A stretch of DNA of 63,885 nt, the filler included, from Octopus bimaculoides (Eukaryota), in the NCBI RefSeq assembly GCF_001194135.2. It is 6 parts of 5 records of this genome, joined end to end, with 100 filler letters (N's around TTAATTAATTAA, not from the genome) between each part and the next. Parts side by side here need not be neighbours in the genome. Positions count along the whole stretch, not along the records: positions 11,492 to 25,749 come from NC_068988.1; positions 25,850 to 36,887 come from NC_068985.1; positions 36,988 to 47,989 come from NC_068997.1; 3 more parts are not named here. One strand, given 5' to 3'. Each line of letters starts with the position of its first letter. Position 1 is the first letter of the stretch. Positions 24,001 to 37,879 of this stretch are shown here, piece after piece. A program made the translations under genes and the position numbers. The notes under the pieces are model-generated. The model worked only from the letters and a program-made list of their open reading frames with translations. It searched no databases and was not told the origin of the DNA.

Positions 24001-24886
24001 TGGTATATTATTTAGAATACTTACTGTAACAAAGAAGCAGTTTCTGGTAGAATCGAACAGAAGAAACTAAAACCAAATCTTCTCCAAATCCATCTTTAAA
24101 ATGATTAGATATATGAGAGAAACGAGCTCTTAATGCCTTTGTATATTTGTATTTGTGTCTATACTTTCATTGTATATGCGTTTATGATTTGTCTTTCTGC
24201 ATATATGACCATGTTACCACGCATGTGATTACATGTGCATGCGCACGCGCGTACATATGTATATGTCAGTAAGTATTCATGTGTGCGTGTTTGCAAATAT
24301 GTATATGTGTGTGTGTGTATATACACACATGCACACAGACACACCAATATGCATGTATGTGTGTGTATGTGTGAATGCTTGTAGAGTATGTGTATGTATG
24401 AATGAAAATATGAATGAATTTGAGTAGGTATGTTTGTACGTATGTTCATACTTGTTTTATGTGTCTATGAGTGTATAAATGTTTGTATGTATATACGTAT
24501 GTATGTGTGTATTTATGTTACCCTCTGTGTCTTTATGTTTGTATGAAAGTATGTGTATGTGTGTGCGCGCGTGCGTGCGTGCGTGTTGTTGTGTGTGTGT
24601 GTGTGTGCGTGTGTGTGCAAGTGCATTAGATCAGATTATAGAAGCCAGTTATTTTATGCATGCATACTGCTTGGAATGTAGAAGAAAATTAGGTACATAT
24701 TCAACTCAATATAGTTCTTGTTTCACCAATCCTATAAATGCTTGGACTAAATTCTATCATTTTTCATATACAAATACGGACAGCTATCTTTAGTAATATA
24801 TCCATATATTACATTTATATCCCGTATGTATGTATGTATGTATGTATGTATGTATGTATGTATGTATGTATGTATGTACGTATGCA

Positions 24887-24928
<42 letters not shown>

Positions 24929-25086
24929 TTAGGATTGTTTAAACATTCATGCGATAGGCTAGAAGTGCTTAAGCAACCAAGGGATAATTAAATCCGAAGG
25001 CACTCCTGGAGATTACTTGTGTGGGTACCGTCTTTTTTAGAAGGTACCCAGAGGCAGGTAATTTAAACTGCGGTTTACATGATGAT

Positions 25087-25127
<41 letters not shown>

Positions 25128-25441
25128 NNNNNNNNNNNNNNNATACATATATATGAATGTATGTATGTATCTATATGTATATAGATATATACATAGACAT
25201 GAATACATACATAGATGTATGCACCGTACATGCATACATATATACACGTATGTATATTACATACATAAAAACATAAAAGGAATTAGATGCATGGAGAACA
25301 TTTTAAGGCTTCGATGAAGCTATAAGGTGTCACTCAAGCATTCAACTATGAGTTCACAGCATCTATAGCAGAAACAACTCTACGCTAATGAAGTTCATAA
25401 GCATATGTTAATATATAAGTACGCGCACACACTCACACACG

Positions 25442-25517
<76 letters not shown>

Positions 25518-25518
<1 letters not shown>

Positions 25519-25748
25519 TGCCCTATCTCTTCGAAACGCTTAGTTTTAGAATGGTGGCAGCTGATGAAGGAAATGTTCTCTATGGGGCCTGTGTGTTTTC
25601 TGTACTCCGTTTATCATTTTGTCCCCGTTTTTTTTGCAACGTCCTGTAACCCCGATAGGCATCTATATATACATGTAGATGTAGGTATGTGCATACATGT
25701 ACGTATATATGCATATACTCACATATTATTTGTATTATATATGTATAT
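25518..25748 (+). mobile_element. Dispersed repeat family E, copy 2; begins at the predicted ribozyme cleavage site
   Basis: TTGCCCTATCTCTTCGAAACGC...GGCAGCTGATGAAGG; starts immediately after an (AT)n run. Confidence 0.8.
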
Positions 25749-25849
25749 ANNNNNNNNNNNNNNNNNNNNNNNNNNNNNNNNNNNNNNNNNNNNTTAATTA
25801 ATTAANNNNNNNNNNNNNNNNNNNNNNNNNNNNNNNNNNNNNNNNNNNN

Positions 25850-25892
<43 letters not shown>

Positions 25893-25897
25893 GTATC

Positions 25898-25929
<32 letters not shown>

Positions 25930-25930
<1 letters not shown>

Positions 25931-26116
25931 CTTTGTGTCTGTGTTTGTCCCTACCCACACCGCTTGACAACCTGGTGCTGGTGTGTTTACATCCCAGTAA
26001 CCTAGCGGTTCGGCAAAGAGATCGATAGAATAAGTACCAGGCTTAAAAAAATAATGATAAGGCGGTGCCCCAGCTTGGCCGCGGTCTGATGACTGAAATT
26101 AGTAAAAGATAAAAGA
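25930..26116 (+). mobile_element. SINE family A, 3' half; the 5' half is lost in the gap
   Basis: tgtgtttgtcc...cgcttgacaac...tagcggttcggcaa...tgactgaaattagtaaaagataaaaga. Confidence 0.85.
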
Positions 26117-26615
26117 TTTTAAAAAGTTTATTATTTAGCAGACATGCCTGGAGCTGTTTGTAATGATTTAACCCGGTTGAGCAACGCAATGATTAATAAT
26201 GCTTGCACAGATAAAACGGTATAACGAGGGCTGACTATTTACTTTTGAGGTGCCTGAATAGAAGAGCAATTATAGGCACTGCAGGGATGTTGTACGCGAT
26301 ATGATTGTTACATGATAAACGCTGTGATGACAACATTGTTCTAAATATGATATGCTCCACTCTTGCCTGTTCCTTGTAATTGGGTATATCATATCTGGTA
26401 CTCTACTCTTATCGACAATACTTGTAGTTCTCACTCAGCTGAAGAAGCTGATTGCCAGATCGTTCATTTATAGATTTTCTTGGCAGGATACGTTTTTACT
26501 TTATCTTATCATCATGAATGCATTTTAAGAATCAGTAAATTTTTATCCCAGAACAAGTAGAGTGTTTGGATTATGAGATTCAATCGCTTTTTAATATGGT
26601 TAATACTCAGCTCAT

Positions 26616-26874
26616 GTGGAGGCGCGTGGCTCAGTGGTTAGGGTGTCAGCATCATGATCGTAAGATTGTAGTTTCGATTCCTGGACCGGGCGACGCGTTG
26701 TGTCCTTGAGCAAAACACTTCATTTCACGTTGCTCCAGTCCACTCATCTGGCAAAAATGATTAACGCTGCGATGGACTGGCATCCCGTCCAGCTGGGAAA
26801 CACATACGCCATTGAAACCGGGAAACCGTGCCCATGAGCCTGGCTAGGCTTTAAAAGGGCGCATTTATTTATTT
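26616..26874 (+). mobile_element. tRNA-derived SINE family C, full length, perfect 15-bp target-site duplication
   Basis: TAATACTCAGCTCAT at 26601-15 and 26875-89. Confidence 0.95.
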
Positions 26875-27715
26875 TAATACTCAGCTCATACAACTTTTGG
26901 TCGTACCTTACCAAAGAAAAAAAAAATGATAATAATGCAATTTGTTTCTAGATTTAGACTATGCATTTCTATGAACACCATGTATTGTTAGTAAGTTTAT
27001 AATGATTGGGTTTAAAGAAAGAACAACCAGCGGTATTGGTATGCATTTTTTTTTTGTTTCTTAATGATGAAATTATTATTTTTTTTTCTAACATGTCAGA
27101 AAATGATAAATAACAGATACAAAAGGTTTTGAGAATTCGGGTAGTTATAAAACTTCAATAATCGAAGCAAAGGTAGGTTTTCTTTCTATAGTCCGGAGAT
27201 ACTGTAGCCAAGTCTCTTTATAGTTATTACTTAGATCGTTAATAGATAGCTGTTCTGACGGCCCCAATCCTTCTTCTACATTGCTTGCTAAGGACAATGT
27301 TCACATTGAATAGTAAGTAACATATTGAGGTACCCGTGTAAACATACATAAATATGTTGTTTTGGCAGGCGCTTGAAAGGTAATTTTCAGCCTGGATGTT
27401 TTACACATTTCGTAGAATGGAAAGAATAAACGTCATTTTTCTAAGGATATATCATTTACGCACATTTCATCCAGTGTGATTATATTTTTGCAATAAAAAT
27501 TGTAACAATACAAGTGAGATTATTGTACCAATACTGTGGTATATTCTCAAACTTAACGTTTGAGAATATATTGATCGACATTTTCGTTAAGATTTTTTCT
27601 ATATATAACAAACTGTTCTTCTTCAAAATATTTATGCTAATCGTTCTCTAGTTTTGCCATTAGATTATTTGTCGTTTCTTTTCTACATATAGATGCAAAT
27701 CTACACATAGGCAGC

Positions 27716-30530
27716 AGGAGTCTTATCATAGCATCGTTGTTATGGCTTCCTGTGACAGGGGCTAACTTCGGTGGAGATACCTGTGCCTGAGCAACCCTAT
27801 TGAGGAGAGCACTGCTCTCCCAAAATCTTGGGAAGGTGCTAGAAAAGGTACACTAAAAATTGCTTGTTACATCAACGTTGGGCAGTTTACTGCGGCTATC
27901 AGTGGTTCATTCAAACAGGAAAGAAAAAAAAAATGAATCACAAAACAAAACATTTATGAAAAAACGAATTAAAATAATTATTTGCTGCTGGAATGTCAGA
28001 ACTCTTCTGGATCAAAGCTCATCAAACCAACCAGAAAGAAGAACCGCTTTGGTAACAGAAAAAAAAAATTCAAGGATTAGGGTATAGATATTGCAGTCAT
28101 GTCAGAAACACGCCTATCAGGGTGTGATCAACTGACTGAAGTATCATCAGGTTTCACACTTTTCTGAACAGGGAAACCAAAAGGAGAACTGCGAGATGGT
28201 GGTGTAGGTTTTGCAGTGCGTGAAACCCTAGCACATTTACAGTGCCCCTCTAGAATCAGTGACCGTATAATGAATTTGCGCATTCCATTTGCATGTGGGT
28301 GATATGCAATAATTCTGTCAGTTTATTCCCCAACTCTCAAGGCCAGTGAGGAATGTATTATGACATTTTTATGAATACCTTCGTGTTACAATTGTATCTA
28401 CTCCAGTCGAAGAAAAAGTTATCAATATTGGTGATTTCAATACCCGAGTTGGCAGAGACCATGAGACAAGGGATGCATTTGGCCATGATGACATCGGTAA
28501 AATTGAATGCCAATTATCTGAAGCTGCTTGAGCTCTGTTCAGAGCTCAACCTAGCAATTTGCAACACATTCTTCCGCCAAAAGAAGAAGCATAAAATTAC
28601 CTGGATACACCCAAGGTCAAAAGATGGCCACATGATAGGTTTCATAGTAACCCGGAGATGCGATCTGAATGATGTCTGCAATGTGCGTGTCATGCGTAGA
28701 GCAGAATGCAACACAGATCATAAGATGGTTCGGGGGAAATTTAAGTTACGTATTCGGAAAAAATCTCGAATGTGTGGGATCAATACTCTGAAGTATATTG
28801 ATGTTGGAAAGTTAAAACAGCAAGAGATACTTGAGGCATCGAATAAATAAACCTTTGAATGTTATTGATTGCGATGGAACGTGGATAAACTTCAGGGATC
28901 ACGTGTACACAACAGGAGCAGAAGAACTTGGATTCATGGCAAAAAAACAACAACATAAAGACTGGTTTGTTGATAATAATCTGGTTATCAGCCAACTTTT
29001 AAAGAAAAAACACGCTCTTCATGAAAAGCTTCTGGGAGAGTGTCCTACAAATTTAACTGCTATTAAAGAATATAGAGCCAGCTCACAACTTGAGCTGAGA
29101 AGGCTTCAATATAAGTAGTGGTTGAAGATCTCTGAAGATATTCAAAGTGCTTATAACGCAAAGGATTTAAAACTGTTCTATAGTCTTTTGCGTGTAGTAT
29201 ATGGTCCAACAACTTCGTCATTTGTTCCCATTAGGTCCGAAGACAATACTGCCGTCATCAAGGAGTCAGAGAAAATCCTTAAATGTTGGCAAGAACATTT
29301 CACTGATTTATTTGATAACCCATCATCAGTTGATCAAGCCCGTAGCCTTTAAGATTGATTGCAATAATTATAGATGTATAGTCGGCAAACTCTTCGTCCA
29401 GATAGTTTAGTAAAGACTTCATAAACTTGGATACAGAGTAAATTCTGAGTTACAAAGTGGTTTTCCCGTTAAGCTGTCCGCCAAAGGCATTTTCTATACC
29501 AGCTTCAAGAAGTGTCAAAAGTAGATTTTGCCTTCATTGGTTAAGATCAAGCCTTTGACTTCCTCAGTGGAGACGGCTTTCCGATTATATTACCACCCGT
29601 TAGTTGATTGCTTGAGCTGTTAATTATCATAAGGTCATTAGTTCTTGCTTGTGATGAATTTCGAAACGAAAAGCATTTCGAAACGAAAAGCATTTCGAAC
29701 GAAAAGCAAACTCAAGCATGTGTCCTTGAACCGATGCTTTTTGCCGTCTCTTATGCACTGCTTCTAAAACATTCATTCGAGTCAACAGCGTTTACCTCCA
29801 CTCAAGGTGTGATGACCGACTCTTCAAGATAGACGGTCTAAAAATAAACTAAGAAAGGTTATCGTTAGAGAAAAACTGTTTGCAAACGATTACTACTTTA
29901 CTGTTTGCAAAGAAGTAATCTTTTGCAAAGATTACTATTTTGCAAAAGTAGTAATCTAGTTTGCAAACTAGATTACTACTAGTTTAAGTAGTAATCTTAA
30001 ACTATGAAGAAGTTTAACAAAATACCTACGGGTAGCTTCATGGGAAGATGTGAACTATTTAGTCTCACAATCAGTCTCAAGAAGACACAAATCTTGAGAC
30101 AAAGCACTCTAGTACCTCCTTGCATCAAAGACAAGGAGCAAAACATGTTACGACATTTAGTATCTTGGTTCCACTGCTAGATAACCTCGCCCAACACGTA
30201 GAATCCAACAAAAGTATCTGTGCAGCTGCTACAATTCTCTGAAGGCGCTTACTTAGAAGGTAAGGGAGAATAAACACGTCAGAATATCTAGCAAGGTCGA
30301 GATTACAAGGTCTGTCTTCTCAGTACATTACTGTATTGCAATGAGTCGTGGACAACATATTCTCAAAAGTACAAAATTCACCCATTTTATATGAAGTATC
30401 ATGGGAATCAAATGGCAGGACAGGGTATGCAACATTGAAGTACTTAACAGAGCAAGCATGTCGTCCATGTTCACTTTCCCACGCCATCAGCAACTTCGAT
30501 TGTTTGAACATTTTGGGGTTTAAAAAGTAG
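27716..30530 (+). mobile_element. RTE (BovB-like) LINE, decayed and internally deleted: 5' UTR, APE endonuclease and RT fragments
   Basis: CWNVRTLLD (~27989), DIAVMSETR, DGGVGFAVR, GDFNTRVG (~28431), CNTFF..W.HPRSK, DH (~28716); RT remnants QACVLEPMLF, KLFAND (cf. LLFADD), LTISLKKT, YLGS-like; several stops and frameshifts. Confidence 0.9.
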
Positions 30531-31085
30531 AAAGCAGAACTTTCATAAGATCTGGATAGTTAAAACTATCATGAAAGTGGAGTTTTCTCATAGCAAATCT
30601 CTGAGCTGAAGCACTAATCTTTATGCGCCAGATTTTCGACCAAAGATTGGATTTTACAGTGATTTCGCAATCAGTGCTATATTGAAATGTTATCATATAA
30701 AGGTACTCTAAACAGAGTTAGAGTGACCAAAATGTATTATATCAGACTTGAACAGAAATTGTAGTCGAAGATTTCTTCTTACGGCACAATTAATTTACTG
30801 GGGACGAAGCTTAATAGTCTAGATTTGAGTGTAGTATTGTGTCACACCAAAAGCACCAACAAAGTAACAACAGCTAAATCAATTACATCACTTACATTAA
30901 GTAAAGCAGCATTATGGATCTCATGACGTTCCTGAATATGTTATGTCTGTCTTAAGAACTGCATCGGAAGAAACGGTGTGTGGATGTGTTTCCCGGACAT
31001 TTGAGAATGTTCTAATGTTAACTGGAAGTGTAATTTCATTTGGATTGATGGCTATTACATCATTTCACATTAAAAAAAATGACAA

Positions 31086-31134
<49 letters not shown>

Positions 31135-31199
31135 NNNNNNNNNNNNNNNNNNNNNNNNNNNNNNNNNNNNNNNNNNNNNNNNNNNNNNNNNNNNNNNNN

Positions 31200-31245
<46 letters not shown>

Positions 31246-31754
31246 ACACACACACACACTTGCCAGTATTGACATATATGTGCGTTTGCATATTTGTGTT
31301 GTTTATGTTTATGTTTGCATGTTCATGCGGGCGGACCCGCATGTTTCAGCTTACAGCGTCGCGCTTCATCACCGAGGCTTCAACATAATGCTCTATTGAA
31401 GAAGCAACAGGAAGTGAACTGCAACAGGAAGTACATTGATGCAACAGTGATCACCACTACCACAACCGCCATTACCTCTCCCAAGCATCACCCACTTCTT
31501 TTTGTCTTTTCTTTCCCATCTGCCTCAACAGCAACACCTGCTAGAGTCAGCAGCTTCATATTTCCAGGTTTGCAGAGTTTCATAGTCGGAGGACGCTTGT
31601 GTGCGTATGCGCGCGTGCATAGACACACACACACATATTATATATATGCGTTGAGAGTAGAGGGAACACGCTATCTTAAATAGAGAGTATTTGGCATTGA
31701 CAATGGGTCACAAATATAGTAATTATTTAGTGCATATTTTTGTGTTCCTATATG

Positions 31755-31833
<79 letters not shown>

Positions 31834-32418
31834 CTCTTACTTGTTGCGAAAATGAGAGATTCAACAAACATTCTATATCTTAATATTTTTTCTGAACCAA
31901 ATTTCAAATTTTAAATTCGAAGTTTTTAATCCACCTGAAGAAAACGTTTTTTTTTCATGATGTAATCTATTTACTCATCAATAAAGAAACCTATTCGAAA
32001 CAGCTGTAGTGAACCTATATATGTGTGTATAATTATATATACACGTGTTAACCTACACAGTGGATATACAAACATGGAAAATTTAACTATTTCTTTGTAG
32101 AATGAAAAGGCGATGAACAACTTTAATCGATTTTCGAACCTTTCTGGTTTCGGATCAGAGGTATCTACAACAAGTATGTATGCATTTAACCATGTTTGTA
32201 TATTCTCCACTTTAATTTTTCTAATATTGGATTTGCAGTTATTTTTGGACACTATCAAATATTTTCTGTCCACAGTGACGTTTGTTTATATTTGCCACAG
32301 TATAGTGACACGACTGTAGTAACACGCGCGCACTCATGCATATACATTCTCGCCCACACATACAATACACGGCGCACACATACATACATACATACATACA
32401 TACATACATACATACATA

Positions 32419-32765
32419 GTGAAGGCGCATGGCTAAGTGGTTAGCACGTTTGGCTCACAATCATGAGATAGTGAGTTCAATTCCCAGACCGGGCTGTATG
32501 TTGTGTTTTTGGGCAAGACACTTTATTTCACATTGCTCCAGTTCACTCAGTGGTAGAAATGAGTTGCGTCGTCACTGGTGCCAAGCCGTGTTAGCCTTTG
32601 CCTTTCCCTTGGATAACATCGGTGGCGTGGGGAGGGAAGACTGGTATGCATGGGTGACTGCTGGTCTTCCATAAACAACTTTCTTCGAATTGTACCTCAG
32701 AAGGGAACTTTCTAGGAAATTTCCATGGTCATTCATGACTGAAGTGAGTGTCTTTACCCTTTTCA
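32419..32765 (+). mobile_element. tRNA-derived SINE family D, full length
   Basis: gaaggcgcatggctaagtggttagc...gggtgactgctggtcttcc...ctttaccctt; matches 52400-52731 and the reverse complement of 54456-54790. Confidence 0.9.
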
Positions 32766-33444
32766 TATATACATATAGAACAGATATGCTAGAATGTACA
32801 ATCAAATCTCCTTCTACCACTTTAATCAAAAGGATAATAAAAAGAGAATAAAAATGTCACTGATTTGTAACGACTAAATGATGGAAAATAACTGAGATTG
32901 GTTAATGCTATGTATTTGAACAACAAAGACGAATAAAGATATATTAGATAACATACAAGATGAATTTTCGATTTATTGAAATATTTTCAGTTTTCCGAAA
33001 AGGTAAACCAGTCGCCTGATGGCAATTGATGCCAACTCCATATGAGAATGGGAGATAGTCTCAATAATTAAGAACTTTATTAAATTGAAATTTCAATATG
33101 AAAATGACAGTCTGGAGACAAAGAGACAGCAGTAAATACGTGTTTCTGCCCCAACGACGCCATTGTCAAAGCTATTGTCCTACCTTGGTGCTAGTGACGT
33201 GATACTTAGACATAAGCAAAAGCGAATAGCACACATTTATGGCGTTGGTAGTTTGTATAATTTAAACGAACATTATAATTTTATATAAGCGTAGGCGTGG
33301 CTGCGTGGTAAGAAGCTTTCTTTCCATCCGCATTGCTGCCACCTTTACTTTTTTTTTCCATACATACACATACACAAACATACGCACACACGTTAGCGGA
33401 AACAAGCACAAAGACACACACACACGCACAAAGACACACGCACA

Positions 33445-33491
<47 letters not shown>

Positions 33492-33643
33492 GCACACACA
33501 TGTGCATGTTTGTGCAAGGCACGAGCTCTTAAAATTTACGAGAGCCAAGTTACATTGCTAAACTATTAAATCTGTGAAATATAACTATTCGCTCTACGGT
33601 TATCTTTAACTTATACTGAAGTATAAGTTTACTGAATCTGGAT

Positions 33644-33737
<94 letters not shown>

Positions 33738-34965
33738 GAGAGAAGGAGAAAGAATGATAGATAAATGGAGAGATAGAGAGATAGCATTTTAGATAAAGCC
33801 CATGAAATAAGAAACATGAATGACAAAATATGATAAAATGCTTTGTTATTAATAGGCTAAGAGGGAAGGAAATGGATGTGTTTTAACGTTTCGGGCGTCG
33901 CACAACTATGTATATATACATGCACACAATCATACATACATACATACATACATACATACATACATGTTTATATCTGAGAAGTTAAAAATGAAGGCAACAA
34001 GGCTGTCAACAAGCCATCACATTTAACATGGTTTAATTATATCGCCATTAGTTGTTTGGTTCGTTGTTGCCAAACCTGTCAACACCTTTAACCTTTTTAC
34101 TTGTTTCCCCCCATTTTATTCCTTGTTTCTCCATCGCCAACTCCTTTCTTAGTCTTTTTCATTGTTTTTCCTTCTTTTCTTAATTATCACCACTAGGTCT
34201 AAGCGCAGCCGCCATTCGCCACTGCCATTACTACATACATCATCAGGACTTCTACAGTCACCACCATCTTCTTTTTACCCCCCCTCTTTGTCCTCCTCCT
34301 CCTCCTCCTCCTCCTCGTCTTTTGACGAGATCCTTGTCCTCTCCTCATTATCATATTCATTATCATATTCATCACCGTTGCTGTTAACATAAGTAACATT
34401 CTACCGTCCTAATAAAAAAATTAAAGAGAGAATGACACATTAGAAGAAGTAGTTCTATATAGAATATGGCTAAAAGCAGATGGGATGGGCACATCTGAAA
34501 TGCAAACCAAAGCCTAACTAAGGCAAGATTTAGGTCCCACCACTTGTACAATGTATTGCAATACTTGACATTTATCCTGGATTGAATAGCTTTGTGAGAG
34601 ACCAACAACCTATGCACAACCAGTACCAACTTCTCACCAGGCAACCTAGCCAAAATATTTAGCACTGTGCTAAGCAAGTCTAAAGAGTATGGTTACAGCC
34701 ATCACAATCGGAGTCTCCCATTACTACTGCTACAGCTGTAGTAATACTTACAAAAGAAAATTGCAGAAATAAAACAATGTTGAGACAAATATAAGTTGGA
34801 TAAATGATGGAGTTGATTGTAATGGAGCAGCTGCTGTTAAGGGTGGTGTTGGTGCATCGTTGCTAAGACGCGCATCCCCCATTTTATTCATATCTTCTAG
34901 TTTTGGTGATGGCGTATTTTTCCCTATTTTCATTTGTTACTATATGTTATTAAGAGTCCTTACCG

Positions 34966-36330
34966 TCACATTGGCCACACAAGCAACCTGTGTTGTGTCA
35001 GCTGGCAAGAGACATGTCTTGGGGGAGCTTTGTAATATTGTTCTGTTGTTGATACATTTGTTGTTTGGGGTTTTCGGTTGTCGTTGTTCTTGTTTGTAGT
35101 GTGGTGGTCCTTGATGGCGGTGTATATTTTGTTGTCTTTGTTGTTTCTACTGTTGATGTTGTTGTTGCTGTAGGTGCTCTCCAGTCTTAGAGCTAGTTCT
35201 GTAACCGCTGTTGCTGCTGCTGTTGTTACTACTGTTTTCGCAGTTGCTGGTTTTGCATTTGCCGTCATTGAGACTGATGTTGCTGTTGTGATCGCCTTCC
35301 GTTTTTGGTGGTGCTGTTGTTGCGGTACTGGTATCAACAGAAGTAGTGGTCTTACGTCTCTTCTTTTGTGCTTTATACAAGAAGCCTTGAAATTATTTGT
35401 GTCACTACGCCAATGACATCTTGGCTTTCTGCTCGCAACGGTCACAGATATCTTTGTGCCGTCTGGCAGATTCATCAGGTCCAGAATAGATTCCAGTTTT
35501 GTTTCTGCAGCGTCTAGACATACAGACTACCAGTTCTGTCTTCTATATCGAAGACCACCACCGCCACCAGCCAAAAGATGTTTACTTCTGGGCACATCGA
35601 CAATCTTCACTCTTATTATCCTACGATCAAGATAGAATGGCATGAGAACCAGTTCGTTACTCTTTAGCGTTGTTGTAGAGAACTCCCTGGTCTCATCCTC
35701 TGTCAAAAGCCTCACCTCCGCTGTGGCGTATTGTTCCGTCTAGCGACGTAAAGTTTGGTGTCTAGGAATTAATCTGAGGAACTTCCGTATTAACCGATTG
35801 TTTATTGCTATGGAGTTATACGTTATAGTTACCAGATTCCTTTCCTTTCGGATGTATTGTGATATATTTAGTACTAACATTCGTCAGCACCGCATAAGGA
35901 TGGTCTTATTTTTGTTTAGCATCTTTTAAATCTTGTGGGAGATTATCATATTACTTCTGCATGGTACACGGTGCCGATAAACTCGCCAACGCTAGATTTG
36001 TTTGTTGTGATGTTTTGATTTTTATGCTGGTGTTAACGGTAGTGGTGGCGGCGGAGGAATTACCAGGTGTGTTGAATCGACAATTTGGTTTATGTTCTTT
36101 CTGTATTTTTATGCCCATTGTTGTTGTTGTTATCGTTGTTCCAGCGGTAGTAAAGGTAGTGTTGCTTTCACATGTCTTTTCATGTCTTGTTTCTGTCGTT
36201 GTTGTTGATGTTGACATTGTTATTGTTGTTCATACAGTCTCTGCTGTCGGGTAGTAGGGGAACCCGACATTCACTGTTAGAACAGCTAACTGTTCTCTGG
36301 ATGGCGAAGCCGTATTATTTTTTTTAATTA
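34966..36330 (-). mobile_element. Decayed non-LTR ORF1/gag-like sequence with Thr-rich linkers (L1/Tx1-like?)
   Basis: EVRLLTEDETREFSTTTLKSNELVLMPFYLDRRIIRVKIVDVPR and PDGTKISVTVASRKPRCHWRSDTNNFKASC resemble an ORF1 RRM and an eroded CCHC knuckle; no splice-bounded frame; clade is inference. Confidence 0.45.
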
Positions 36331-36987
36331 TGTAACTTCGCTATTAGAATGTTACAAAATTCTCTCCCGAAGGAGCGAAAATTTCATATAGCCTCAAAAG
36401 ATACTAGTTGGCTTATAACAAAATAGTACCACCAAAAAAGAACCCCCCCCCCAAAAAAAAGATTACTTACTACAAAACAATAAAATTCATTAGTAACTTA
36501 CGATCTCTAAAACGACGACTTTTACTTGCAAACACAACAACAACAGTTCATTTACAAGTGGAAAAGAACTATCAACATTTTCTGTGTCAATAGACTAGGA
36601 ACATAGCAATGCTTTCACGGAGTAAGGAGGATTTGTAAGAGGATGACGAAAACAAAGAGGCACAAAATAAATATAGAGAATAATACAAGAGGAGGTTCAG
36701 GCAGTTCCTAGAAACAAAGTGAAACGGAAAGGGAACTTTTTTAAAGAACACAACACCTGAAATATTCTGCATCCGTCTCAATATGAAAAATAAACAGAAG
36801 GAAATAAATACAGCAGAAAGTTAGCAATATACAATAGGGGCACACCCATTCAGCTGTGTCTATAACAGACTGTATATATATATATATNNNNNNNNNNNNN
36901 NNNNNNNNNNNNNNNNNNNNNNNNNNNNNNNTTAATTAATTAANNNNNNNNNNNNNNNNNNNNNNNNNNNNNNNNNNNNNNNNNNNN

Positions 36988-37023
<36 letters not shown>

Positions 37024-37139
37024 AATATATATATATACACACACACAGGGGTTGGCACCAAACTTTGGCATCGAGAGCCATACCAACTCCTGAACTGTAC
37101 GTTATTGCATGGTTTCAAAGGTTCCGTCCATCCGACTTA

Positions 37140-37325
37140 GTGTAAGGTCCATGTACTGCAGTAGCTTGGGATTCAAGGGCCAACACCTGTTTAATATCCT
37201 GCCAAAATATCAGAGCGATCTGCATGGAGTAGGGGTGGATGCTTTCAAGAAAAAAATTTGACCACCTGCTGCCCAAGATCTCAAACAAGCCTCCATCATG
37301 ACCAGAAACTCAACAGATGGCAGCA
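37140..37325 (+). mobile_element. CR1/L2-like LINE, 3' end of ORF2
   Basis: SLGFKGQHLFNILPKYQSDLHGVGVDAFKKKFDHLL resembles the G..LFN.LP...R....V..FK..LD..L C-terminus of CR1-group RTs. Confidence 0.7.
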
Positions 37326-37676
37326 TTATCGGGGTCCCACTTTCACCAAAAGTCAATAACATATAAATGGTCTTTGTAAAAGTGATAGTGCTGGTGATAC
37401 CTCAGGATGTCCACAAGCCTTGGGCAGAATTGCATAAACGAATAAAAGAATATATAAAAGAGAGATAGAATGGGTGGATGGGGACAAAAAAGCTCTCAGA
37501 GTAGAGCTGAAATGAATGATAACTTAAATTGCAGCTTCATTCAGGATCGAGCTGTTATGAAGGTAGTGAGGTACATAAACACAGACTTAACATATACGTT
37601 TCCATGGGACACAAAATACAGTTTATAGAATATAGAAGAATATATAATGAAAAAACTTTACATAACATTTTACATA

Positions 37677-37838
37677 GGCGCAGGCATGACTGTGTGGTAT
37701 GTAGCTTGCTTACCAACCACATGGTTCCAAGTTCAGTCCCACTGCGTGGTAACTTAGTCAAGTATCTTCTACCATAGCCTCAGGCCGACCAAAGCCTTGT
37801 GCGTGGATTTGGTAGACGGAAACTGAAAGAAGCCCGTC

Positions 37839-37879
<41 letters not shown>

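Noticed and set aside
25022-25050. TGGGTACC...GGTACCCA hairpin
   Set aside because: Isolated short stem with no associated element or motif; compatible with chance.
28353-29410. ORFs of 66-165 aa as possible host genes
   Set aside because: They are frameshifted pieces of the RTE LINE.
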